Source of the DNA: Patescibacteria group bacterium
GTDB taxonomy: Bacteria; Patescibacteriota; Patescibacteriia; PEXW01
Assembly (NCBI GenBank): GCA_038063455.1
Contig: JBBTVB010000006.1
Span: 105,234-160,429 of the forward strand
DNA: 55,196 nt
Reading direction: 5' to 3'
The first letter of the stretch is position 1, and each line of letters begins with the position of its first letter. This document shows positions 1-9,788 of this stretch, one piece after another. The position numbers were made by a program, and so were the translations under genes. Under the pieces are notes generated by a model that was not told the DNA's origin, searched no databases, and was given only the letters and a program-made list of their open reading frames with translations.

Positions 1-967
1 AGTCAAGTTCATCAAATATCACGAGTGGTGCTTTTACTGAAAGGGCAGTTAATAAGAATGTTAGGGTCATTAATAATGTTCGCGTGCCCGCGGATTCATA
101 TTCAAACTCAAGTTTCTGGGGAATATTATTTTCGCTGTGCATTCTTGTTTCATGAATTCCAAATAGACTGTATGTGTAGGATTGTTTCCCCTCTCTATTT
201 CTGATCGGTTCCTTTTGAATTTCTATTCCTTTTAGGCCAATATCATACTTTTGTATTAATGACTCAACCTGCTTCTTGAGAATTCGGTTTTCTGCAAGCG
301 TCTCAACGGTGCTTCGATATCTCATTGACTGACGTTCCATATTGAGCCCCTTCTCACTAACATTGCTAATATGAAAGGTCCAATAATCCCTAACGTCTTT
401 CAAAATATTTGATTCTAAATGACCAAGAACTGAAAGTAGGGAGCAGTTTTGTCTAACAAGTACGCCAATCTCTTTTGGTAATCGAATTCTTGTTGATACA
501 ATTCTATATTTTTTTCGATCAACATCGTATTGACGTGTAAAAACCATACTAAAAACAGATCGCTTTGCTCTTTTTGATTTTTTGAGAAGCTTTTCACTTA
601 TCACTCTTGTGTCACTGAGAACTAATTCATAATTATATATGCTTCCTTCCAACTCAAATATAACCGCAAAAGTGGTGGGTTCAAATTGATTCTTACCAAA
701 AAGAAACGGACGAACCGTTATTTTTTCATCAGTCTCCAAATCTTTGAATGAGGAAACAATAAACCAACTAATAAACGGGAGTACTTTAAGTATACTCGTT
801 TTGCCAGAGGCATTATGACCAAAAACTCCAAGTACTTTTGTAAGTCTGGTGTTCTCTACATCCGTAAAATAGGCACTTGTTTTTGGTGCTCTTTCCCCTA
901 CCAAAAAAGACACGGAAGAGTCATCGCGGATAGAGTAAAAATTTTTGACTTCCAACCTATGTATCAT
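1..967 (-). CDS. AAA_15/AAA_21-type P-loop ATPase (defence-associated family); 3' end runs off the left edge
   Basis: Absent from the ORF track because no stop is reached. My reverse-strand translation from the ATG at 967 reads MIHRLEVKNFYSIRDDSSVSFLVGERAPK...LGVFGHNASGKTSILKV (Walker A). The frame stays open to base 1 and ends ...KAPLVIFDELD (Walker B-like). The region is AT-rich compared with its neighbours. Confidence 0.75.
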   Translation of the reverse strand, partial: MIHRLEVKNFYSIRDDSSVSFLVGERAPKTSAYFTDVENTRLTKVLGVFGHNASGKTSILKVLPFISWFIVSSFKDLETDEKITVRPFLFGKNQFEPTTFAVIFELEGSIYNYELVLSDTRVISEKLLKKSKRAKRSVFSMVFTRQYDVDRKKYRIVSTRIRLPKEIGVLVRQNCSLLSVLGHLESNILKDVRDYWTFHISNVSEKGLNMERQSMRYRSTVETLAENRILKKQVESLIQKYDIGLKGIEIQKEPIRNREGKQSYTYSLFGIHETRMHSENNIPQKLEFEYESAGTRTLLMTLTFLLTALSVKAPLVIFDELD

Positions 968-977
968 GGGTAGCTAA

Positions 978-1006
978 ATTCTATATGTATAGACTAAATA
1001 AGTCAA
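978..1006 (-). promoter_or_regulatory. sigma70-like promoter for the AAA ATPase; near-leaderless
   Basis: Minus strand reads TTGACT (1006..1001), a 17-nt spacer, then TAGAAT (983..978). The -10 ends 10 nt before the ATG at 967 and there is no Shine-Dalgarno between them. Confidence 0.45.
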
Positions 1007-1040
1007 GTATTGACAATAAAATGTTGTTTTTTATCATATT

Positions 1041-1073
1041 TACCGCTTATTTCAATTAAATACCGCTTATTTC
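1041..1073. repeat. direct repeat taccgcttatttc x2, 20-nt period
   Basis: Identical 13-mers at 1041..1053 and 1061..1073. They lie between the heliorhodopsin stop (1086) and the AAA ATPase promoter. Confidence 0.8.
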
Positions 1074-1085
1074 TAGGAAAAACTC

Positions 1086-1874
1086 TCACACCGGCCTTAA
1101 TGTCCCGGCAAAGACCTGCCAGGCCAACAATGATTTGGCTACCAAACTTAAAATAATGTACGCACGTTCGCCGTAGAGATAGTCTTTCCATTTGCCAATC
1201 TTCTTGTACTGCAAAATCATGTTTATGGCAAAGACGTTGAAAAACACAAAGATCGAGAAGAAAATCCAGTACACAAATGTCGGGGCTTTAAACTCCCCTT
1301 CCCCGGCATTGAAGAGGTAGAGTGCTACGGCAATCCACGGCACCAAGCCCGCAATGCAACCAAAGATGTAGCTGGTCCAATCAGTCTTTTTTGTGGTTTG
1401 GTTGTGCACTTCCATAACCCAGCCAAACAGAATCATCATCATGTTTAAAAAGAACACCAGCATCAGACTGGTGAGGTCGTACATGCCCGTAAGCATAACG
1501 ACAACCACAATCATGAGCGAGCTCGAAAGTGAGTATTCTACCCAGCGAGCAATATTCATACCCTTCTTAAGATTCGCTTCATACCAGACACGGACCGTTG
1601 GCAGGAAAGCCAAACAGAAATGTGCGAATGCCGAAAGGAATAGGAAGCCGGCGACGAGCGGCCCTATCTGCAAATTCGCTATGGTTTTTAGTACGGGTTC
1701 GAGGAGCTGACTTTGCTGGTTGAATTCTACATAGGCCGTGGTAAGTGGCAACGCAAAACTGCTGCTAGCCATGAGCATGGCCAGCCCTTGGCCAAAATGC
1801 AAAAGCGCCATCAGACCGTTGAATTGGCGGAGTTTCTTGATTTTGTGCTGCTGCGGGGTGAGGGCAATGTCCAT
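1086..1874 (-). CDS. heliorhodopsin (7-TM retinal protein)
   Basis: 262 aa. Full-length resemblance, from memory, to heliorhodopsin 48C12: LRQFNG..LLHFGQGLAML, SAFAHF, RWVEYSLSSS (counterion Glu), ILFGW, FGCIAGLVPW, LQYKKIGKWKDYLYGERAYIILSLVAKSLLAWQVFAGTLRP (Schiff-base Lys in SLVAKS). Confidence 0.9.
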   Translation of the reverse strand: MDIALTPQQHKIKKLRQFNGLMALLHFGQGLAMLMASSSFALPLTTAYVEFNQQSQLLEPVLKTIANLQIGPLVAGFLFLSAFAHFCLAFLPTVRVWYEANLKKGMNIARWVEYSLSSSLMIVVVVMLTGMYDLTSLMLVFFLNMMMILFGWVMEVHNQTTKKTDWTSYIFGCIAGLVPWIAVALYLFNAGEGEFKAPTFVYWIFFSIFVFFNVFAINMILQYKKIGKWKDYLYGERAYIILSLVAKSLLAWQVFAGTLRPV

Positions 1875-1919
1875 ATATTTTTGTTAAATCCTAGCTGTAC
1901 ATAAAGTATACACCTTGGT

Positions 1920-2363
1920 CTATAACTTTTTCACAAACGCCACCAACCGTCCGGCTTCGGCAAAACCTACGCCTTTGTGAAAGTCACGGCTTAAGGTGTT
2001 ATCGGCAAAAGCATCCGAACCAAGTTCGGTGCAGCCCTTGGCTTTGCCCCAAGATTCAACTTCTTCCAACAACCGTCGCGCAACGCCTTGTTTGCGATAT
2101 TCCGGCAAAACGAAAATACCTTCTAGATACGCTACCGGGCTAGAATTCGTACCTTCCACATAGTCGTGGCGTAATCCGACTTGCGCAAAACCGACAAGCC
2201 ACTCACCGTCTTTGCAGACAAGGAGTACATCATTGGGTGAACTCGTTGCTCGGACCATTTCTTGCCGAACAATTTCCACGTCTTCGTCCGGCCACAAAGC
2301 CAAGGCCAGGGGCATGCACGCCTCAGCTTCTTCTTTCGTCAGGCTTTGGTACGTAAGATTCAT
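1920..2363 (-). CDS. GNAT N-acetyltransferase, AAC(6')-I-like
   Basis: LRHDYVEGTNSSPVAYLEGIFVLPEYRKQGVARRLLEEVESWGKAKGCTELGSDAFADNTLSRDFHKGVGFAE matches the aminoglycoside 6'-N-acetyltransferase type I pattern (R/Q-x-x-G-x-A acetyl-CoA loop). I chose the ATG at 2363 because it forms an ATGA overlap with the upstream stop. The track start at 2381 is also possible. Confidence 0.75.
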   Translation of the reverse strand: MNLTYQSLTKEEAEACMPLALALWPDEDVEIVRQEMVRATSSPNDVLLVCKDGEWLVGFAQVGLRHDYVEGTNSSPVAYLEGIFVLPEYRKQGVARRLLEEVESWGKAKGCTELGSDAFADNTLSRDFHKGVGFAEAGRLVAFVKKL

Positions 2364-2677
2364 AATTTCCCTTTGGCCCACTTACGCTCGACGTAAACAA
2401 GTCGCCACCAGTACCGCCCTAACAGAAAACCACCAATGGCACCAAGGACAATCAGACCAACTTGAATCACTGGGTGCAGTGCACAACTTGCCCCGAGCGT
2501 GTCGAGTGGGCCGCCATACCACGTCACTTCCCTACCCGCAGACTCGGCCCACGCTAGATATGCTGCCTCAATGCCCGCGTGTACCAGGTAACTCAAAAGA
2601 ATACCGAGCGCAGTGGTAACGGCAAGATAAATGACGTGCTTGGCTTTCGTTGGATTTGGCGGTGTGTGGAGGAACAT
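2360..2677 (-). CDS. small multi-pass membrane protein, unknown function
   Basis: 105 aa with three hydrophobic stretches (VIYLAVTTALGILLSYLV, ALHPVIQVGLIVLGAIGGFLLG). It is tightly packed, 12 nt after the upstream gene and ATGA-coupled to the GNAT. Confidence 0.55.
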   Translation of the reverse strand: MFLHTPPNPTKAKHVIYLAVTTALGILLSYLVHAGIEAAYLAWAESAGREVTWYGGPLDTLGASCALHPVIQVGLIVLGAIGGFLLGRYWWRLVYVERKWAKGKL

Positions 2678-2689
2678 GCAACTATAAAA

Positions 2690-3550
2690 CTAGCTACAGA
2701 AGTCGCTCGTCTTACCCGCTGTTTGGTCGCCACCGGGCAGGGCTTTGCTGCTATCCGAACTTGATAACCAATCCAACCAGCATACAGCGTAGTGCGCCTG
2801 TTCCGGGCTATGGCTAGCCGCCCAGGCCGCGTCCGTAGACTTAGCATTTTTTTGCCGCAGGTCGTACACGCCAAAGTCTACGGATACATTTTTCGTTTTG
2901 GCAAACCCAACTGCGGTGGCCACCACATCACCAGCCTTCACCGCGTAGGGGGTTTGGAATATTGTGGTTTGCGAGCTGTTCACTTCCGCCGCCGGGAGCT
3001 GCTCGGCCCAGGCAGCAAACGCTGGCGAAAGCGTGAGCAAATGGTCAAAACGGAAACGAATGCCACACGGGCTTTGCAAGTCAAACAGGTACTGGACTTC
3101 GCCTTGCTCAATGTACCGGCTGCCCTGCACAACCTGCGCGTCCAACGGAACTTTTACGGAAACATCGGTATTCGCTAAACCGCGAAAGAGAAAACCGCCG
3201 TGCGCTTTGTAGTTGCCACCGCGTGTTTGACCGGGATACAAAATGGCCGTGGCTTTGCTTACGTCTACTGGTGAGGTAAGCGTGAGGGGTGTTGGGCAGG
3301 TCGGCGGGGTACCCATAGCCATCCAACCATCTCCAGTTTTTTGCCACTCCACATTGATTGCTGCCGAGGAGTTGGTAGTACTATTCGTCGCCTGCTGGGA
3401 ATTCACCGACGAAGTGTTGATGGTGGAAGCAGTATTTGTAACATTCGTCGTCTGGTTCGTATTTGCATTCTTCGACATCATGACGAAGGCAATAGCAACC
3501 ACAGCGACGGTGGCCAAACCAATGAGCGCATAGAGTATTGATTTTTTCAT
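2690..3550 (-). CDS. membrane-anchored/secreted protein with an N/T/S-rich linker, unknown function
   Basis: 286 aa. N-terminal MKKSILYALIGLATVAVVAIAFVMM anchor, a low-complexity NTNQTTNVTNTASTINTSSVNSQQATNSTTNSS stretch, then a globular C-terminal part with no family I recognise. Confidence 0.6.
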   Translation of the reverse strand: MKKSILYALIGLATVAVVAIAFVMMSKNANTNQTTNVTNTASTINTSSVNSQQATNSTTNSSAAINVEWQKTGDGWMAMGTPPTCPTPLTLTSPVDVSKATAILYPGQTRGGNYKAHGGFLFRGLANTDVSVKVPLDAQVVQGSRYIEQGEVQYLFDLQSPCGIRFRFDHLLTLSPAFAAWAEQLPAAEVNSSQTTIFQTPYAVKAGDVVATAVGFAKTKNVSVDFGVYDLRQKNAKSTDAAWAASHSPEQAHYAVCWLDWLSSSDSSKALPGGDQTAGKTSDFCS

Positions 3551-3603
3551 AGCCAGGTTTCTAAACGCGAAGTAGCTGGAGTATACCAGACTGCAAGCGC
3601 TAT

Positions 3604-3634
3604 AAAAATCCGCACATGCTGTGCGGATTTTTTT
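3604..3634 (-). terminator. intrinsic terminator after the RND gene (bidirectional shape)
   Basis: Stem atccgcaca / tgtgcggat (9 bp, loop tgc), flanked by an A-run and a T-run. Confidence 0.7.
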
Positions 3635-3640
3635 GCGGGG

Positions 3641-6600
3641 TTAAATTGTGGCCTGCTTCTTGCGGTGCACCCGATCACGCAGGTTCTCTATCCAGGTGTA
3701 CAAAATGGGAATAACCATAAGCGAGAGGAAGCCAGACAGGCCAATGCCAGCGATGATCACCACCGACAAGCCGCGCCAGAATTCGGACTCTATGGCTAAC
3801 GGGAGCAAACCACCCAGCGCAACCAATTTGGTGAGAAGTATGGGGCGGAAGCGGACCCCAGTTGCTTGCACTATTGCTTCTTTTGCTGTTGCGCCTTCCC
3901 GACGCAGTTGGTTGGCATAGTCGATGAGGAAGATGGCAACGTTTTCGACAATACCGACGAGGATGGTGACGCCCAAGAGTTCTAAGAAACCTAGGTCTGT
4001 ACCGACGGCCCACAGTGCAGGGAACACGCCAATAAATGCGAGTGGCACCGTTACCAACATGACCACCGGCTGGCTGAACGACTTGAACTGGATAACCAGC
4101 ACAATGTACGTCAGGACAATGGCGGTAACAAGGGCCATGAACAATTCGCTAAACGATTTTGCTATATCGTCAAACTCACCGCGGCTTTCGTTGGAGTCAA
4201 TCCCTAAGCTCGCCAACTTTTCCGGCGTTGCGTAGTCATTGAGTTTGCGCTGGACGGCAAAGACGTCATTATTGTTACCGTCAACCCGCGCCCGAACGTT
4301 GACGAAGCGTTTACCATCAAATCGCTGAATAGCCCCAACGGCACTTGCCTGCTCCACGGTTGCAAGGTCTTCCACTGTGCGTACCTGACCTGTACGGCCA
4401 ACGAGCGGCAAGTTGCGAATGGTATCAACATCTGCTGGCTTTCCTGCATTAACGAGGTAGACATCTGCTGACCCACCTTCGCCCGCATATTTGGTGACGC
4501 GGCTTTCATCGAGCACCGCACGGAGTTGCTGGCCAACCTCGAAACTCGAAAGGCCGGCGGCCTGCACTTTGGTTCGGTCTAACACTAGGCGGATCTCTGC
4601 TTCCCCACCATTGCTAAAGCCATCGTCGACAAACGCAACTTTTTCCTGGGCAGCTAGGAATGCGCCAATATCTTTAGCAGCAACTTCTAGAACCTTGGCA
4701 TCGGGGTCGTAGAGCTGGGTGCTAATTTGAAAGCTGGAGGCTGGCGTGCCAACACCGGCTTCTTCCGCGAGTGCATATTGCACCCGCTGCGCCTGTGAGA
4801 GTTTGTCCTGCATGCGCTTGACGATGGTTTTGCTGCCGTCGTCACGTTCAGATTTTGGTAAGAACTCGCCGTACAACGAAACGCTGTTACGGTCTTGACT
4901 AAAGTAGAAAAAATTCGCTATGCCAGGCTCGGCCAGAATAATTGCTTCCAATGCCTTGGTGGTCAGATCGCGATCTTTGGTGGTTAACCCTGGGTTGAAC
5001 GTGGCGTTGAGGGTGAAGTTGGTATTGTCGTTGGGTGAGGAAAATTGGACAGTCTGCACTTTGCCACTGCCAACCAAGCTCAACGACGCACCGACCAGCA
5101 CTAGGCCAATAACCAAGGTGGCAATTTGCAGCCAGGTACGTTTGAGAATGGCAGTGTTCAGCCGCATGAACCAGCGCGCCGCACCAGTGAGCTCGGCCGT
5201 TTCTTCGTCTTTGACTGTGCCTTCGTGCGGGTGCGACTTGAGTAACCACTTGCTAAAGAGTGGTAGGAAAGCAATGGGCACCATGTACGAGGCGAATAGT
5301 GCAGGTATTACGGTGAGCGGGATAAACTTAATGATCTCTCCAAACACGCCGGATACCACACCGAACGGCACGAACACGATGACCGACGTGAGCACCGCCA
5401 TGAAGAGCGATGCACCGTAGCGTCGGCCGGATTCAATAATGGCTTCGTCTTTGTTGTACTTCAGATCACGGTACCGCTGAATAGCCTCCACCATAACAAT
5501 GGCTGGGTCTACAATAAGGCCGAGTACCAGAATGAGTGAGAAGAGCACAATGGTATTCAGCTGCACGCTAAAGACTTGCAACACCCCAAAGGTGAAGAGC
5601 AACGAAATAGGCACAGACAAGGCGGCAATGAGCGCGGCGCGCCAGTTGACCAGCAATAGCATAGCTAAGAAGAGTAGTTGCAGACCGCCGAGCAGGTACG
5701 CATTGTTCTTGTTGCCCAAAGCTCCACCAACAATTTCGTTTATCTGGTCGCTGGTAGACTTCGCTTGGTCAAACACGGTGACTAATTCAAGGTCATTTGG
5801 CAAACGGCCATCAGCTTTCGCTTCGGCAATATGCGTATCGAGCGCTTCTTTGGTGGTAATAATGTCAGCGGTAGACGAAACTTCTAGCGAGAGCAGCACT
5901 CCATTCGCGGAAATAAGTGCATCCCCTTTGCGGTAACCAAAACGTTGGATGGTGTCTTCCCCGTCAAAAGCGCGCGTGACGTTTGCCACATCTTTCAGTC
6001 GCACCGGCTGCTGGTTAGCTGGATTCACACCCACCAACAACTCGCGCATTTGGTCCAAACTCCCAAATGCGCCTACCGTTGTCACGGCTTGCTGCCGGTC
6101 ATCCACGGACAGGCTGCCCACCGGGAAATTCACATTCGCGCCTTGCAAGGCAAGTTGCAGGGTTTGCAAGCTCACGCCAAATGTTGTCAGGTCAGCGGGT
6201 CGGAAACGAACCGTTATACGCTCTTCCACATCGCTATACCGCGTCACGGACTTCACCCCCTCGACATCACTCAGCTCATCAATAACCACATCGGCTTGCT
6301 TTTGCAGTTCCTGCAAATCTTGGCTGGGCGAGGTTACCCCAATGGCAAAGGCTGGCCCGCTGGTTGAAAACGTTTGTACGCGGGATTGTTCTGCGTCATT
6401 TGGCAAGTCAGCCCGTGCGGCTTGCACTTTTGTCTGGACATCCTGCAAGGCATTATCGAGTGTAACAGATTCATCCAGCGCCACCACAATGTTCGAAAAA
6501 CTCCCGGCCGAGGTCGATGACGTACTCTTGAGCCCTCGCACATCTTGCACCGCGTCTTCGAGCACCGAGGTTACTTGCTTCTCAACTTCGCCTGCGGTTG

Positions 6601-6802
6601 CGCCTGGGTACACGGTCTGCACCAAAACAATCTTTGGCGAAACAACCGGAAAACCTTCGCGCCGAAGCGTGGACAACGCAAACAAGCCACCCACCACGCT
6701 CACTACGAGCAACAGGATGACGAAGCGGGAGTTATGCAAGAAACTCCGAACGAGCTTGGCGTTCCAATCGAGCTTCAGGTGGGGTGCTGAATGGTGGTCC
6801 AT
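3641..6802 (-). CDS. RND efflux transporter permease (AcrB/AcrD/AcrF family)
   Basis: 1053 aa with the 12-TM, two-large-loop layout. N-terminus ...LVRSFLHNSRFVILLLVVSVVGGLFALSTLRREGFPVVSPKIVLVQTVYPGATAGEVE is typical of the family. Confidence 0.9.
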   Translation of the reverse strand: MDHHSAPHLKLDWNAKLVRSFLHNSRFVILLLVVSVVGGLFALSTLRREGFPVVSPKIVLVQTVYPGATAGEVEKQVTSVLEDAVQDVRGLKSTSSTSAGSFSNIVVALDESVTLDNALQDVQTKVQAARADLPNDAEQSRVQTFSTSGPAFAIGVTSPSQDLQELQKQADVVIDELSDVEGVKSVTRYSDVEERITVRFRPADLTTFGVSLQTLQLALQGANVNFPVGSLSVDDRQQAVTTVGAFGSLDQMRELLVGVNPANQQPVRLKDVANVTRAFDGEDTIQRFGYRKGDALISANGVLLSLEVSSTADIITTKEALDTHIAEAKADGRLPNDLELVTVFDQAKSTSDQINEIVGGALGNKNNAYLLGGLQLLFLAMLLLVNWRAALIAALSVPISLLFTFGVLQVFSVQLNTIVLFSLILVLGLIVDPAIVMVEAIQRYRDLKYNKDEAIIESGRRYGASLFMAVLTSVIVFVPFGVVSGVFGEIIKFIPLTVIPALFASYMVPIAFLPLFSKWLLKSHPHEGTVKDEETAELTGAARWFMRLNTAILKRTWLQIATLVIGLVLVGASLSLVGSGKVQTVQFSSPNDNTNFTLNATFNPGLTTKDRDLTTKALEAIILAEPGIANFFYFSQDRNSVSLYGEFLPKSERDDGSKTIVKRMQDKLSQAQRVQYALAEEAGVGTPASSFQISTQLYDPDAKVLEVAAKDIGAFLAAQEKVAFVDDGFSNGGEAEIRLVLDRTKVQAAGLSSFEVGQQLRAVLDESRVTKYAGEGGSADVYLVNAGKPADVDTIRNLPLVGRTGQVRTVEDLATVEQASAVGAIQRFDGKRFVNVRARVDGNNNDVFAVQRKLNDYATPEKLASLGIDSNESRGEFDDIAKSFSELFMALVTAIVLTYIVLVIQFKSFSQPVVMLVTVPLAFIGVFPALWAVGTDLGFLELLGVTILVGIVENVAIFLIDYANQLRREGATAKEAIVQATGVRFRPILLTKLVALGGLLPLAIESEFWRGLSVVIIAGIGLSGFLSLMVIPILYTWIENLRDRVHRKKQATI

Positions 6803-6879
6803 AAAAGGGCGCTGGCTAAGGTGAGTCGTGATAAATGCACCCTATCATGAAGGGCGCGTAGGTCAAAACGGGCATTCAG

Positions 6880-7299
6880 CTAGATACTCTTCCGATGTTT
6901 CCGCACTACCTTTAGCCGCGCTAATTCTTTGGCCATGGCCGCCTGGGCATCGGCAAAACCAACATCGTCCGTCGCCCGCTCTTGCATCAATGCTTGGGCT
7001 TTTTCCCGAGCAGCCTGGGCACGAGCTTCGTCAATTTCTTCAGCTTTCTCTGCCGTGTCGGCCAAGATGACAATCTGGTTATCCCGCACTTCTACAAAGC
7101 CGCCAGATACAGCCATGACCTGCTGCTCCCCTTTTATCGTGGTTAGGGAAAGTTCGCCAGGCGCCAGAATAGACACCAAAGGAATGTGATTTTGCAAAAT
7201 GCCAATCTCACCATCCAGCGTTGGCACGTTCACGCTGCGGACCTCGGTTTCGAGGACCACGCGTTCAGGAGTTGTGATGGTGAGGTAGAGGTTGTTCAT
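6880..7299 (-). CDS. atpC: F0F1 ATP synthase subunit epsilon
   Basis: 139 aa. LTITTPERVVLETEVRSVNVPTLDGEIGILQNHIPLVSILAPGEL. It is the last gene of the atp operon. Confidence 0.9.
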   Translation of the reverse strand: MNNLYLTITTPERVVLETEVRSVNVPTLDGEIGILQNHIPLVSILAPGELSLTTIKGEQQVMAVSGGFVEVRDNQIVILADTAEKAEEIDEARAQAAREKAQALMQERATDDVGFADAQAAMAKELARLKVVRKHRKSI

Positions 7300-7301
7300 A
7301 A

Positions 7302-7360
7302 GGTAGGTGCAGAGCTTGCTCTGCTAGACATATACAGCGGCGAGCAAGCTCGCCACCTAC
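7302..7360. repeat. twin GAGCWWGCTC hairpins inside an outer stem (atpD-atpC spacer)
   Basis: gcagagcttgctctgc (7309..7324) and ggcgagcaagctcgcc (7339..7354) are perfect palindromes. They are bracketed by gtaggtg / cacctac. Confidence 0.8.
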
Positions 7361-7369
7361 GACAGGTTA

Positions 7370-8746
<1,377 letters not shown>

Positions 8747-9643
8747 TTATTCTAGAGCGGCGCGACCGGCAGAGATTTCCGCGATTTCTCGCGTAATGCC
8801 TGCTTGGCGCACTTGGTTATAAGTGAGGTTGAGATCGTCAATGAGTTCTTCGGCGGCATCCGTGGCGTTACGCATAGCCACCATACGCGCGGCGTGTTCC
8901 GAGGCGAGTGATTCTAATACCATTTGGTACAACTGGCTGGTGACTAAATTATGTAACATTTTTTCCAGCACGGCTTCGGCATTTGGTTCGAAGAGGTACG
9001 GATTCTGGAAACCTTCTACCGTTTTCATTTCAATAGTGCTATCCACGTCATCCAGCAATTCCTTGAGCTCCTGCTTGCGAATGGGTAGTATTTGTCGGCT
9101 ACGCGCTTTCTGGATGAGAGTGGAACGGAAGTCGGTATACACAACAAATATTTTGTCGTAGATGCTCGTAACATAATCATTAATCGCAATTTTTACCACG
9201 GGCTGCAGGTCAGCCACGGTGGGGTGGGTGTGCGCGTTTGGGAAGGCCGCAACAATATTCACATTCAGGCGGCGCAGGGCATCGGCCGCTTTGGTTCCGA
9301 CCGTAATAACGTCGGCGGGTGCGGTTTGGGCTTTGAGCAAATCCAACGTCTGCCGGACAATGTTCGTATTCAAACCACCGGCTAAGCCGCGATCCGAGCT
9401 GACCACGATAACGGCCACACGCTTGGTCTCCCGCTCAACAAGCAACGGGTGGAGGTCGCGGTTGGTCACGGCACTCACGTTGGTGAGCACGTCCCACGCC
9501 GCTTTGGCGTACGCCCGCGTGGCCAACGCCTGCTGCACGGCGCGACGCATCTTGGACGCGGCCACGAGCTCCATGGCTTTGGTGATCTTCTTGGTATTGC
9601 CAACGGACTTGATGCGCCGCCGGATATCGAGTGTAGAGCTCAT
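8747..9643 (-). CDS. atpG: F0F1 ATP synthase subunit gamma
   Basis: 298 aa. N-terminal IRRRIKSVGNTKKITKAMELVAASKMRRA and C-terminal LTYNQVRQAGITREIAEISAG. Confidence 0.95.
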   Translation of the reverse strand: MSSTLDIRRRIKSVGNTKKITKAMELVAASKMRRAVQQALATRAYAKAAWDVLTNVSAVTNRDLHPLLVERETKRVAVIVVSSDRGLAGGLNTNIVRQTLDLLKAQTAPADVITVGTKAADALRRLNVNIVAAFPNAHTHPTVADLQPVVKIAINDYVTSIYDKIFVVYTDFRSTLIQKARSRQILPIRKQELKELLDDVDSTIEMKTVEGFQNPYLFEPNAEAVLEKMLHNLVTSQLYQMVLESLASEHAARMVAMRNATDAAEELIDDLNLTYNQVRQAGITREIAEISAGRAALE

Positions 9644-9644
9644 C

Positions 9645-9788
9645 GGAATATCTGCTTTCGAAAGTGAGAGGTGTGCATGCGTAAGCGAGGCGCAGCAGCG
9701 GACGCCGAAAGTGTGCCTGAAGGTACATTGAGGCGGAGCTGTAAGCCGCAGCTAGCAGGCACGCCTCGTAACCGAAATGAGATATTGC
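9645..9788. repeat. imperfect long-range inverted repeat bracketing the 165-nt atpG-atpA spacer
   Basis: The 5' arm ggaatatctgctttcgaaagtgagaggtgtgc pairs imperfectly with the 3' arm gcacgcctcgtaaccgaaatgagatattgc. By eye, roughly two thirds of positions are complementary. Confidence 0.5.
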
